From a virus: DNA of 64,000 nt. The stretch spans positions 5,209 to 69,208 of IMG/VR virus record IMGVR_UViG_3300047481_001175; one strand, given 5' to 3'. The first letter of the stretch is position 1; every line of letters starts with the position of its first letter. The position numbers were made by a program, and so were the translations under genes. Below are positions 19,940 through 29,615 of the stretch, piece after piece. The notes beneath the pieces were generated by a model, which had not been told where the DNA came from, did no database searches, and worked only from the letters and a program-made list of their open reading frames with translations.

Positions 19940-21526
19940 ATGGGAAAATCACTAGACGGCGTCTTAATTAAAAAAGCTCATAAGACGCAGAAATATACAT
20001 TAGAAGAAGTTGAACACTTAGAAAAGTGTATGGACCCGGTCGACGGGCCGTTGTATTTCATGCAGAATTTTTTAAAAATTCAACATCCTATTAGGGGAGC
20101 AATATCATTCGAACCTTATGAATATCAAGTTCGATTGATAGAAGCATATCATAATCACAAAGATGTGATAGCAATGTTACCCCGACAGATGGGTAAAACT
20201 ACCTGTGCCTGCGGATATCTTTTATGGTTCACCCAATTCGTTCCAGAAGCACAGGTATTGATCGCTGCACACAAGTATGAAGGTGCACAGGATATCATGA
20301 ATCGTTACCGTTATGGTTATGAAAACTTACCTGACTTTATTCGAGCAGGTGTTATAAGTTATAATAGAAATACTATCGAGTTTGATAACGGTGCTCGAAT
20401 ACAAGCGACTACAACGACAGAAAATACTGGTCGCGGTAAGTCTCTTTCTTTGATTTACTGTGACGAGTTTGCGTTTGTACAGCCTCCGGAGAAAGCCAAA
20501 GAGTTCTGGACTGCATTATCCCCAACACTGTCCACAGGTGGTCGTGCTATCATTACCTCTACGCCGAATTCAGATGAAGACCAGTTTGCTATGATCTGGA
20601 CAGAAGCTAATAAAAAGTTTGACGAATACGGTAATGAACAAACAGTTGGTGTAAATGGTTTCTTTTCATATTTCGCGCATTGGAACGAACATCCGGATCG
20701 TGACGAAGAATGGGCAAAAACTGAACGAGCTAAAATTGGAGAGGAACGTTTTCGCAGAGAGTTTGATTGCGAATTCTTGATCTTCGATGAAACGTTAATC
20801 AACGCAATAAAGTTAGCAGAATTACAAGGTAAAGAACCTTATTTGTCGATGGGACAAACACGCTGGTATAAAGATATAGATCCTCGAGCAACCTATCTGG
20901 TAGCATTAGATCCAAGTCTGGGCACCGGAGGAGATTATGCTGCGATTCAGGTTTTTGAAATGCCTTCTATGACACAGGTAGCTGAATGGCGACATAATTT
21001 AACTCCTGTGCAAGTTCAAGTAAAACACCTTAGAGAAATCTGCAAGTATATAGAATCTAGATCTCAAGAAAAAGGTGGCGCTGCTCAAATATACTACAGC
21101 GTTGAAAATAACACTTTAGGTGAAGCGGCATTAATTGTTATCAGAGATATCGGAGAGGAAAACTTTCCGGGTTTATTCCTATCAGAACCAATACGTAAAG
21201 GGCACGTTCGTAAATTTCGTAAAGGGTTTAATACTACGCACAGAACTAAAATTTCAGCTTGCAGTCAATTTAAAAATCTGATAGAAACGGGAAAAATGCA
21301 GATATATTCAAAACCTCTAATATCAGAATTAAAAACTTATGTCGCACACGGCATAGGTTTTGGTGCTAAAACTGGCGAGCACGATGATCTAGTATCAGGT
21401 ATCTTATTGATTATTAGAATGGCTAATGTACTGAGTGATTGGGATCCTAATATCTACGAAAAAATGACAGAAAAAATCTCAGAAGAATCGTTACCAATGC
21501 CTATCTTTGTCAGTACCGGGTTTTGA
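19940..21526 (+). CDS. Terminase large subunit (gp17-like)
   Basis: Walker A PRQMGKT, Walker B IYCDEFAF, ITSTPN; nuclease LDPS.G.GGDY and HDDLV. Confidence 0.95.
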   Translation: MGKSLDGVLIKKAHKTQKYTLEEVEHLEKCMDPVDGPLYFMQNFLKIQHPIRGAISFEPYEYQVRLIEAYHNHKDVIAMLPRQMGKTTCACGYLLWFTQFVPEAQVLIAAHKYEGAQDIMNRYRYGYENLPDFIRAGVISYNRNTIEFDNGARIQATTTTENTGRGKSLSLIYCDEFAFVQPPEKAKEFWTALSPTLSTGGRAIITSTPNSDEDQFAMIWTEANKKFDEYGNEQTVGVNGFFSYFAHWNEHPDRDEEWAKTERAKIGEERFRREFDCEFLIFDETLINAIKLAELQGKEPYLSMGQTRWYKDIDPRATYLVALDPSLGTGGDYAAIQVFEMPSMTQVAEWRHNLTPVQVQVKHLREICKYIESRSQEKGGAAQIYYSVENNTLGEAALIVIRDIGEENFPGLFLSEPIRKGHVRKFRKGFNTTHRTKISACSQFKNLIETGKMQIYSKPLISELKTYVAHGIGFGAKTGEHDDLVSGILLIIRMANVLSDWDPNIYEKMTEKISEESLPMPIFVSTGF

Positions 21527-21537
21527 TAAATACTATT

Positions 21538-23265
21538 ATGAATGCAACTAACAATATCGCCACCGATTTATTTTTCAAAATCCGTAGTAGATTTCAAGGT
21601 CTAAAGCTAGGCGACGAAATGGGTCAAATCACTATAAATCCTGAAGATGCAAGATTCTTCGATTTTGATTACATGGAAGGTGAACGTCCTATCGGTCATG
21701 TCAGTATTAGTTTGGCCGAACCTAATTCTATGAAAGTCTATTTCAGTTCCGGAATTACGGAATCGATGGACAGCACACAAAAAACTAATTGGTATGGTTT
21801 TTTAAAAGAACTTAGAAATTTCGCTAAGAGAAGATTGATGGCGTTTGACACTAGAGATATTGCAAAAGATAACTTAGATAAAAGAGATTATGAATTTTTA
21901 TCTCAGTACAACAAACCCAAGCCATCCGAACCAAATCAAATAATACAACAACCAGTTGGAGAAAATATTATGACAAATGTTGTCAGCGAAAGCTCTTTGT
22001 ACGGATCTAAAACTGTGAGCTATCAGAAATTAGAAGATACTAGATTGATAATCAAACACAATCAAGCAGTTATGGACGATACACAACCGGGCGCAAGAAC
22101 ACGACATATATCTGCATTGTTTGTAGAAAATCAAGAAGGTGAAAGATTCAAATATCCTTTCATCCATCTAGCAGGTGCCCGTGCTATGCAGCGTCACGTG
22201 GCCAATGGCGGCGTACCGTACGACGACGTGGGTAAAAGTATTATTGGAATGAGTGAAGAAATCGCTCAATTAAAGAGCTTTGGCAATTATGTTGTTCGTA
22301 ATGATCTAATGAATTCGATGAATAACAACATTGTTGAACGTAGTACCGAATATCTAAACGGATTAAGAGAGCAAATCAAGGCATTATCCAAACAGAGCCA
22401 TTATGAAGCTTATAGAGAAAACTTCCATGCACAAGAAAGATTAGATGTACCAGAAGAAGTTGTAGAACAATTTACTGATCAATTTACAGTTAGAAACTTC
22501 AAAGAAGATATCAAAAGTGTATTTCCTGTTCTATACAAATTAATGAAAGAAAACGAAATAGGCTATGACGACATAGTCGAAATGACAACACAAGCAGACA
22601 TAGATCAAGAAACTTCAGAGAATACTCAAGACCCTTTTGAGAATTTTGAAAAATGGGTATTTGCATTAGGCGAAGAATCAGCTATAACGAGCCAAGACGA
22701 AGAAGAACAGAAGGCCGCCGTACAACAATTACAAGAACTTGTAGGAGAACATTTTCCTGCAGGCGTAGATGGCAGCAATGCTATAGAAAGTTTGAAAGGC
22801 ATCATCGAAGATCCCGAGTTATTCAAACAGATCAAAGACCAGGCCAAAGAAGATCCAGATAGCTGTGTAAGAGGATTAGTTAAAGATTGGTTAGAACAAA
22901 ATGCACCTGAGGTAGTAGATCAATTAGATTTTGGCGATTTTGTCGAAGAGCCGGCCGCAGACCAAGGAGGTGACCAAACTGCTCCGGAAGAAGAACCACA
23001 GATGGCAGACATGGATCAAGAACAAGAACCACAGAAATTAAATGTCCAAGAATTAGCAGAATTTATAACATCTTTCTACGATCAAAAATCAGGTACATTC
23101 CCCAAAGGTCCGGAAGGTGTTTGCACGATGGTAGGCAAGAAGTTTGGTGAACAGGCAGAATCAGTGGCTCGCAAATTTGTAGAAAGAATGGCACCACAAC
23201 AAAGCACTGAACAAAATCCAGAACTGGCAGAATTAGCAAGAATCAAAGAATTAGCACAATGGTAA
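21538..23265 (+). CDS. Hypothetical late protein (possible head-associated)
   Basis: 575-aa ORF starting 5 nt after TAAATA; acidic C-terminal half ending ELARIKELA. Confidence 0.6.
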   Translation: MNATNNIATDLFFKIRSRFQGLKLGDEMGQITINPEDARFFDFDYMEGERPIGHVSISLAEPNSMKVYFSSGITESMDSTQKTNWYGFLKELRNFAKRRLMAFDTRDIAKDNLDKRDYEFLSQYNKPKPSEPNQIIQQPVGENIMTNVVSESSLYGSKTVSYQKLEDTRLIIKHNQAVMDDTQPGARTRHISALFVENQEGERFKYPFIHLAGARAMQRHVANGGVPYDDVGKSIIGMSEEIAQLKSFGNYVVRNDLMNSMNNNIVERSTEYLNGLREQIKALSKQSHYEAYRENFHAQERLDVPEEVVEQFTDQFTVRNFKEDIKSVFPVLYKLMKENEIGYDDIVEMTTQADIDQETSENTQDPFENFEKWVFALGEESAITSQDEEEQKAAVQQLQELVGEHFPAGVDGSNAIESLKGIIEDPELFKQIKDQAKEDPDSCVRGLVKDWLEQNAPEVVDQLDFGDFVEEPAADQGGDQTAPEEEPQMADMDQEQEPQKLNVQELAEFITSFYDQKSGTFPKGPEGVCTMVGKKFGEQAESVARKFVERMAPQQSTEQNPELAELARIKELAQW

Positions 23266-23268
23266 TAC

Positions 23269-23296
23269 AAAAAGGGCGACAAGATCGCCCTTTTTT
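23269..23296 (+). terminator. Rho-independent terminator
   Basis: AAAAAGGGCGA-caaga-TCGCCCTTTTTT. Confidence 0.85.
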
Positions 23297-23386
23297 ACCA
23301 AATCGTGTTTACTGACCTTATCTCTAAAGCGTTATATATACAGTTGTCGAACATCTCGACAACAATAACAAAATGGAGATTTTCAT

Positions 23387-23569
23387 ATGAAATCAATCGT
23401 TGCATTAACCGCTGCTCTTTTCGCAGCTACCACAGCATTTGCACAAGCACCTGCCAAGAAGGAAGAGGCTAAGCCAGCAGCACCAGCAGCAGCTAAACCT
23501 GCTGATGCAAAAGCAGCACCAGCTGCACCTGCTAAGAAAGAAGAAAAGAAAGAAGCAGCAAAGAAGTAA
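23387..23569 (+). CDS. Small secreted Ala/Lys/Pro-rich protein (Asr-like composition)
   Basis: Signal peptide MKSIVALTAALFAATTAFA followed by PAKK repeats; SD GGAG; own terminator. Confidence 0.75.
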   Translation: MKSIVALTAALFAATTAFAQAPAKKEEAKPAAPAAAKPADAKAAPAAPAKKEEKKEAAKK

Positions 23570-23582
23570 TGTGAGCGATTGG

Positions 23583-23607
23583 AAAGGCCCTTGGGGCCTT
23601 TTCTTTT
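23583..23607 (+). terminator. Rho-independent terminator
   Basis: AAAGGCCC-ttg-GGGCCTTTTCTTTT. Confidence 0.8.
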
Positions 23608-23642
23608 GGCTAAACATTCTGTCACATTTGATAAGAAAATAT

Positions 23643-23671
23643 TTGCATTTGCTAAATAAAAAGCGCATAAT
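23643..23671 (+). promoter_or_regulatory. Sigma70-type promoter with nested TAAATA, upstream of SSB
   Basis: TTGCAT-17 bp-CATAAT; TAAATA lies within the spacer. Confidence 0.55.
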
Positions 23672-23731
23672 AGTTGTTATGCGAAAGGCATATAAAAAGT
23701 CATTTACATTAAGGCATAAGGAGGCTATAAA

Positions 23732-24703
23732 ATGGCAACACTAGCAGAAATTCGTGCTAAACTTCAAGAAGCACAAAACAAGTCAACAGGAAACTCCACC
23801 GGCGGTGGCGACAACGCAATTTACCCACATTGGAACATGCAAGAAGGCAAGGAAGCCGTAGTGCGTTTCTTACCTGACGGTAATACCAACAATACGTTCT
23901 TCTGGGTAGAACGTGCGATGATCAAACTACCATTCGCTGGTATCAAAGGCGAGACAGATAGTCGTCAGGTTCAAGTACAAGTACCTTGCGTAGAAATGTA
24001 CAACGACGGTTCGGTCTGTCCAATCCTGTCAGAGGTACGTGGTTGGTTCAAGGATAAAGCTCTTGAAGAAATGGGCCGTAAGTACTGGAAGAAACGTTCT
24101 TATATCTTCCAAGGTTTCGTTGTCGAAGATCCTCTTAAAGAAGATACTACACCAGATAATCCTATCCGTAGATTTATCATTGGTCCTCAGATCTATCAAA
24201 TCATCCGTTCAGCACTGATGGATCCCGAGTTGGAAGAGTTGCCAACTGACTATCTCCGCGGTGTTGACTTCCGTATCGCTAAGACTAGCAAAGGCGGATT
24301 TGCTGATTATTCTACATCAAAATGGAGCCGTCGTGAGAGATCACTTACTGACCAAGAAAAGGCAGCGATCGAAAGTCACGGATTGTTTAACCTCTCAGAC
24401 TTCTTACCTAAGAAGCCGACCGATGTTGAGCTCAAGGTAATGAAAGAAATGTTTGAAGCTTCGGTAGATGGTGAAGCCTATGATACGGATCGTTGGGGCC
24501 AATACTTCAAACCAGCAGGTATGAGTGCAGCCACAGGTGATCCAAATAAGTCTGTTGCTAGAACCCAAGTTGCCGATGATGTTGAAGTTGACGACGAGCC
24601 TGCTCCTGTAGCAAAAACTGCCCCAGCTGCGTCTGCTCCTAGTAGCGATAATACGAGTCGTGCGCAAGACATTCTTGCTATGATTCGTAATCGTAAACAA
24701 TAA
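23732..24703 (+). CDS. Single-stranded DNA binding protein (T4 gp32-like)
   Basis: AVVRFLPD, CPI, YWKKRSY, G.DFRIAK..KGGFADYS.S motifs; SD GGAGG. Confidence 0.9.
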   Translation: MATLAEIRAKLQEAQNKSTGNSTGGGDNAIYPHWNMQEGKEAVVRFLPDGNTNNTFFWVERAMIKLPFAGIKGETDSRQVQVQVPCVEMYNDGSVCPILSEVRGWFKDKALEEMGRKYWKKRSYIFQGFVVEDPLKEDTTPDNPIRRFIIGPQIYQIIRSALMDPELEELPTDYLRGVDFRIAKTSKGGFADYSTSKWSRRERSLTDQEKAAIESHGLFNLSDFLPKKPTDVELKVMKEMFEASVDGEAYDTDRWGQYFKPAGMSAATGDPNKSVARTQVADDVEVDDEPAPVAKTAPAASAPSSDNTSRAQDILAMIRNRKQ

Positions 24704-24772
24704 TAATTAAGACGGCCCGGACCTCTGAGACCTAGTCTCATCGTCCGGGTTCTTCACTTCAGGAAAATAAAA

Positions 24773-24964
24773 ATGCCAAAATTATCTAAACTAACAAAAG
24801 TAAATGAGTCAATCTCAATCAATCGTTATGACAACGGATGGATGGTAGAAATCGGCGGCCGTAACAAAAAAGAAGATTGGACGAATACAAAAACTCTTTG
24901 TAATACCGAAGAAGAATTAATACAGCTAATTAAAGAATATAACACTATGGAGTTAGATCAATAA
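24773..24964 (+). CDS. Hypothetical protein
   Basis: 63-aa ORF with SD AGGA, coupled to uvsX. Confidence 0.6.
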   Translation: MPKLSKLTKVNESISINRYDNGWMVEIGGRNKKEDWTNTKTLCNTEEELIQLIKEYNTMELDQ

Positions 24965-26043
24965 TGGCAAAAGCATTTGATATTAGTAAATTTAGAAAAT
25001 CAATTACTAAAAGTATTGAAGGTCTTAGTATCGGTTTCAATGATCCTACTGATTGGGTTTCAACAGGCAATTATGCTTTAAATTATCTAATCAGCGGTGA
25101 TTTCCACAAAGGTGTTCCCCTGGGCAAGGTCACTGTGTTTGCAGGTGAATCTGGCGCAGGTAAGTCATATATTTGTTCCGGTAATCTTATCAAGGCGGCA
25201 CAAGCACAAGGTATCTACCCTATCTTGATTGATACAGAAAATGCTCTTGATGAAGATTGGCTAAAAGCATTGGGTGTAGACACAGCCGAAGATAAGTTAT
25301 TGAAGCTCAATATGGCTATGATCGACGATGTAGCAAAGACCATCACTGAATTCGTAGCAGAATATAAACAAATGCCTGAAGACAGTCGTCCTAAGGTATT
25401 GTTTGTATTAGATTCGCTAGGAATGTTATTGACTCCCACAGATGTAAATCAATTCGAAGCAGGAGACCTAAAGGGAGATATGGGCCGTAAACCTAAGGCG
25501 CTAACAGCACTTGTTCGTAATTGTGTGAATATGTTCGGCTCTTTAAATATTGGGCTAGTAGCAACTAACCATACCTATGCCAGTCAAGATATGTTTGATC
25601 CTGATGATAAAATTTCAGGCGGTCAAGGCTTTATCTATGCATCTAGCATCGTCGTTGCTATGAAAAAATTGAAGTTAAAAGAAGATGACGACGGTAACAA
25701 AATTACAGAAGTTCGTGGTATTCGTGCTGCCTGTAAAATCATGAAAACTCGTTATGCTAAACCGTTTGAATCTGTGCAGGTTAAAATTCCTTACGAAACA
25801 GGAATGAATCCTTACAGTGGCTTAGTGGATTTAGCAGAAGCAAAAGGTATGCTCAAGAAAGAAGGTAACAGTCTTGTGTATACAACTAAAGATGGCGAAA
25901 TTATCAAACAGTTTCGCAAGGCGTGGGAAAGAAATGAAAACGGCGGATTAGATGCTATTATGTCTGACATTTCAAAACACGGTGAAAATTCCGTTTCCGA
26001 GATAACTAATAAAGTTGAACCCGAAACGGAGACCGCAGAATGA
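24964..26043 (+). CDS. uvsX: RecA-like recombinase (UvsX)
   Basis: STGNYALN, Walker A GESGAGKS, LDSLG and SGG.G..YASS motifs. Confidence 0.92.
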   Translation: MAKAFDISKFRKSITKSIEGLSIGFNDPTDWVSTGNYALNYLISGDFHKGVPLGKVTVFAGESGAGKSYICSGNLIKAAQAQGIYPILIDTENALDEDWLKALGVDTAEDKLLKLNMAMIDDVAKTITEFVAEYKQMPEDSRPKVLFVLDSLGMLLTPTDVNQFEAGDLKGDMGRKPKALTALVRNCVNMFGSLNIGLVATNHTYASQDMFDPDDKISGGQGFIYASSIVVAMKKLKLKEDDDGNKITEVRGIRAACKIMKTRYAKPFESVQVKIPYETGMNPYSGLVDLAEAKGMLKKEGNSLVYTTKDGEIIKQFRKAWERNENGGLDAIMSDISKHGENSVSEITNKVEPETETAE

Positions 26044-26273
26044 AAGATGATTTAATTGCAGATATTTGGACGCTGGTAGTTGAACATATTCCAGAAAAAC
26101 ATCGAACTGATGTAGCATTTGATTTTGTTAATACATTAGTCGATCACGGAATTAAAGAAACGGTGTTAGAAAGTCTACAAGGAATCGATCCTTATCTTGA
26201 TGACGCTATCGAATATGTTATCGACGGTGAAGAAATCGAAGACGATAAGGATTATTACGAAGATGAGGAATAA
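26040..26273 (+). CDS. Small acidic hypothetical protein
   Basis: 77-aa ORF between uvsX and uvsY. Confidence 0.6.
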   Translation: MKDDLIADIWTLVVEHIPEKHRTDVAFDFVNTLVDHGIKETVLESLQGIDPYLDDAIEYVIDGEEIEDDKDYYEDEE

Positions 26274-26729
26274 ATGAATTGGTATGATCGAGTTTCTAAG
26301 GATATTTCAAACATACCAGATGCTGTGGCATATTATGAGGCCGAATTACTAGCGGCTAAACAAGATGCCCGCATAGCGGGAAACATTGAAAAGGCATCAG
26401 CCGCGATGCCCGGCATCGTAGAAAATCGATTTAATCAACTTCAGGAAATTGAAGCGATTTTAGAATATCTAAATATCGAGCTTCGTAGACTTCGTAGTCA
26501 ACATTTTCGCAAATATCTTGAAAATTATCAACGTAGCCTCTCTTCTAGAGACTGTGAAAAGTTTGTAGAGGGTGAGGCTGATGTTGTAGATTTTGAAAAA
26601 ATTATCAATGAGTTTGCCTTACTTAGAAATAAGTGGCTAGGAATTATCAAAGCATTAGATATCAAACAATGGCAACTGAGCAACATAGTTAAACTTAGAA
26701 CCGCCGGTCTTGAAGATGCTACATTATGA
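26274..26729 (+). CDS. uvsY: Recombination mediator (UvsY-like)
   Basis: Helical protein ending IKALDIKQWQLSNIVKLRTAG; located after uvsX. Confidence 0.75.
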   Translation: MNWYDRVSKDISNIPDAVAYYEAELLAAKQDARIAGNIEKASAAMPGIVENRFNQLQEIEAILEYLNIELRRLRSQHFRKYLENYQRSLSSRDCEKFVEGEADVVDFEKIINEFALLRNKWLGIIKALDIKQWQLSNIVKLRTAGLEDATL

Positions 26730-27341
26730 AAAAACACAATGTAGATACTTCTCTTATGACAATATCTGCGGCGGATCAAAAATGGGCTAACGATCTTGTT
26801 TTTAATGGAAAATCATTGGAATTTAAAAATACATTAGATCCCATTATCTTCAATATTTTCCTCCGCAAGAAAAAAAATTAAATGAAAAAGTTGCAAGTTT
26901 AAATTTTTTAGATTTAAAAAAACAAAAAAATTAGAAATATTAGATATCAGCACAGGTTGCGGACACTTTTTAGTGTTAGCCAAAGCATTGGAACATAATT
27001 GTCAAGGTACAGAAATACCAGAATCTATAAAAACATTAACGCCTTTATATGAGCATTACAATCTTAATGTTTTCCCACTTTATATCGAAAAACAAAAAGA
27101 GATTAAATTTCCTAAAAGGTATGATCTCATAAAATCATCAAGAACTGTATTTGACTCAGATTGGGAATCAAAAGATTGGATTTTTTTAAAAGAAAATTTG
27201 ATGGATTTTTTAATACCCGGTGGAAAAATTTTTATCAAAACAAATATCAAATTTATTCCGAATAATCTTAAAGATTCATCGAGAGCATTAGGTAATCCTA
27301 TTGTAGGATGGAATAGCCTAACATATCTTATTGAAAAATAA
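26726..27341 (+). pseudogene. Class I SAM methyltransferase broken by two apparent 1-nt deletions
   Basis: The ATG at 26726 frame stops early. A -1 shift near 26840 (CCC) and another in the A-runs at 26916-26930 restore LEILDISTGCGHF (SAM motif I) in frame with ORF 26973-27341. Confidence 0.65.
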
Positions 27342-27373
27342 TTTTTTAATAAACTGACCATATAAATAAGACT

Positions 27374-28135
27374 ATGAAAATAGTCTTAGTCACAGGGGGC
27401 TTTGACCCTATCCATTCCGGGCACATTGCCTATTTCAAAGCAGCTAAAACACTAGGTGAAATGTTAATCGTTGGATTAAACTCCGACGAATGGCTTGAAC
27501 GAAAAAAAGGTCGAGCATTTATGCCGTGGAATGAACGTTTATGTATTATAAACAATCTTTCCATGGTCGACGAAGTTTATACCTTCGATGATGAAGACGG
27601 TTCCGCCAAAGCGTTTATACATCAGGTAAGAGCTCATTGGCCTAATGCAAAATTGATATTTGCCAACGGCGGCGATAGGACCAAAGAAAATATTCCTGAA
27701 ATGGACGTTATTGATAATAATTTAGAATTTGTTTTTGGTGTAGGGGGCGAAGACAAAAAAAATTCTAGTTCGTGGATATTACAAGATTGGAAAGCACCTA
27801 AAACAGAACGTACTTGGGGTTACTATAGAGTTCTCCACGAGCCTAATCAGAGAGTTAAACTTAAAGAATTAACAGTTGATCCTGGAAAATATCTCAGTAT
27901 GCAGAGACATTCGGACAGATCTGAATTTTGGTTTGTATCCGAAGGAGAAGCCACTCTTTATACAATCAATAAATCTACAGATGCAGAATTAGTCGGAAAA
28001 TTTACCGAACACAATCATATGTGGATTCCTAAAACGACCTGGCATCAACTGGCTAACGAATCCGAACTGCCTCTGAGGGTAATTGAAATACAATTCGGAG
28101 ACAAATGTATCGAAGAGGATATTGAAAGAAAATGA
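27374..28135 (+). CDS. Cytidylyltransferase (RfaE/TagD-like) fused to a cupin (mannose-6-P isomerase-like)
   Basis: GGFDPIHSGH (HIGH motif), ANGGDR, SSS; C-terminal R.WG.Y, LSMQRH..RSEFW, EIQFG..EEDIER. Confidence 0.88.
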   Translation: MKIVLVTGGFDPIHSGHIAYFKAAKTLGEMLIVGLNSDEWLERKKGRAFMPWNERLCIINNLSMVDEVYTFDDEDGSAKAFIHQVRAHWPNAKLIFANGGDRTKENIPEMDVIDNNLEFVFGVGGEDKKNSSSWILQDWKAPKTERTWGYYRVLHEPNQRVKLKELTVDPGKYLSMQRHSDRSEFWFVSEGEATLYTINKSTDAELVGKFTEHNHMWIPKTTWHQLANESELPLRVIEIQFGDKCIEEDIERK

Positions 28136-28815
28136 TTCCAATTTTTATTGGTTATGATCCCAGAGAAACTATCGCATTTCATGTGTGTTGTAATAGTATA
28201 ATTAGAAAAAGCAGTCAACCTGTAAGTATAAATCCATTGGCTCTAAACATATTAAAAGGATATGAAGAAACACACACCGACGGTAGTAATCATTTTATCT
28301 ATTCAAGATTTTTAGTACCACACCTAATGAATTATAATGGATGGGCTATTTTTATAGATGGGGATATGTTGCTGAGAGACGATATTGTTAAGTTATGGGA
28401 GCTTAGAGATGAATCAAAAGCAGTACAGGTTGTCAAACATGAATATAAGACCAGACTTACTGAAAAATATCTTGGAGCGAAGAACGAGGATTATCCGTGT
28501 AAAAATTGGAGTTCTGTTATTATTTGGAACTGCGGTCATCCTGCAAATGCTGCCGTGACCCCTGAATTTATACAGTCTGCCACAGGAGCACAGGTACATA
28601 GATTTACTTGGTTAAATGACGATCTTATAGGTGAGCTTCCTCGAGAATGGAATTGGTTAGATATAGAATACGATTATAATCCGGATGCTAAATTAATTCA
28701 TTACACACTAGGAACTCCGTGCTTTCACGAATTTGCAGATCAAGGGTCATTTGCTACTGAATGGCATAGAGAAAAAATTTACGCAACTTACTGCGAGCAA
28801 CATCAACTAAAATGA
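28132..28815 (+). CDS. GT-A glycosyltransferase (GT8-like)
   Basis: IFIGYDPRE, SRFLVP, FIDGDM, KNWSSV, EWNWL and HYTLGTP motifs. Confidence 0.8.
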   Translation: MIPIFIGYDPRETIAFHVCCNSIIRKSSQPVSINPLALNILKGYEETHTDGSNHFIYSRFLVPHLMNYNGWAIFIDGDMLLRDDIVKLWELRDESKAVQVVKHEYKTRLTEKYLGAKNEDYPCKNWSSVIIWNCGHPANAAVTPEFIQSATGAQVHRFTWLNDDLIGELPREWNWLDIEYDYNPDAKLIHYTLGTPCFHEFADQGSFATEWHREKIYATYCEQHQLK

Positions 28816-29615
28816 AGTGTATTTGTTTAAGCAAAGACGGACAAGATCCTTTCATACAAAAGTTCGCTTTTGGCTGCGGAGTGACTCCTATAAATTCAGA
28901 CAATTTCGACTATGATGAGTCCGACTATCCCATAGTCCTAAGAGGCATACTTAAGAAAAAAATTATTAAAAGGTGCTGGAAAGATAATAGAACATTTTAC
29001 TATATGGACACAGGATACTTTGGTAACGAAATTAACACTAAGAATCCTCAAGGTTGGAAGTATTGGCACAGGATAGTAAAAAATAATCTACAACACAGTG
29101 AGATCATATCCAGACCTAGCGATCGTTGGGAAAGTTTTAAAATACCAATAAATTCTTGGAAAAAAACAGGAAGAAAAATCTTAATTGCTAAACCTGATGA
29201 AAAGCCGATGAAATTTTATGATTTAGATGCTGATCAATGGATCGCAGATGTCCAAACTAAACTAAAACAGTTTACAGATCGACCAATTGAAATCAGAGAA
29301 AGAGCAAAAAACAGAGTAGACCGTGTTGTACACAATACCTTAAAGGATGCTCTAGACGATGACGTTTTCGCACTAGTTACTTTTAACAGTAATGCAGCTA
29401 CTGAATCGGTATTACACGGAATTCCTGTATTTACATTAGCTCCCTCTAATGCTGCATCACCAGTAGGTAGTCAAGACCTATCTACTATTGAAACTCCGTA
29501 TTATCCAGACAAAGATAAAGTTTTTGCCTGGGCTTGCCATCTAGCTTACGGACAATTTCATACCAGCGAATTCTCATCTGGACAAGCTCAACGAATGTTA
29601 ACTGAATTATGGTAA
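28812..29615 (+). CDS. Capsule-biosynthesis (KpsS/KpsC-like) GT-B glycosyltransferase, paralogue 1
   Basis: YMDTGYF, LVTFNSNAATESVLHGIPVF, LAYGQF. Confidence 0.65.
   Translation: MKCICLSKDGQDPFIQKFAFGCGVTPINSDNFDYDESDYPIVLRGILKKKIIKRCWKDNRTFYYMDTGYFGNEINTKNPQGWKYWHRIVKNNLQHSEIISRPSDRWESFKIPINSWKKTGRKILIAKPDEKPMKFYDLDADQWIADVQTKLKQFTDRPIEIRERAKNRVDRVVHNTLKDALDDDVFALVTFNSNAATESVLHGIPVFTLAPSNAASPVGSQDLSTIETPYYPDKDKVFAWACHLAYGQFHTSEFSSGQAQRMLTELW

Noticed and set aside
23383-23744. Overlapping alternative ORFs around the PAKK-repeat gene
   Set aside because: They arise from the low-complexity repeat; only 23387-23569 has an SD, a signal peptide and a terminator
24713-24755. Nested hairpin after the SSB gene as a possible ncRNA or riboswitch
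   Set aside because: Short (CCCGGAC...GTCCGGG with an inner GAGAC/GTCTC stem) and adequately explained as a terminator or processing stem
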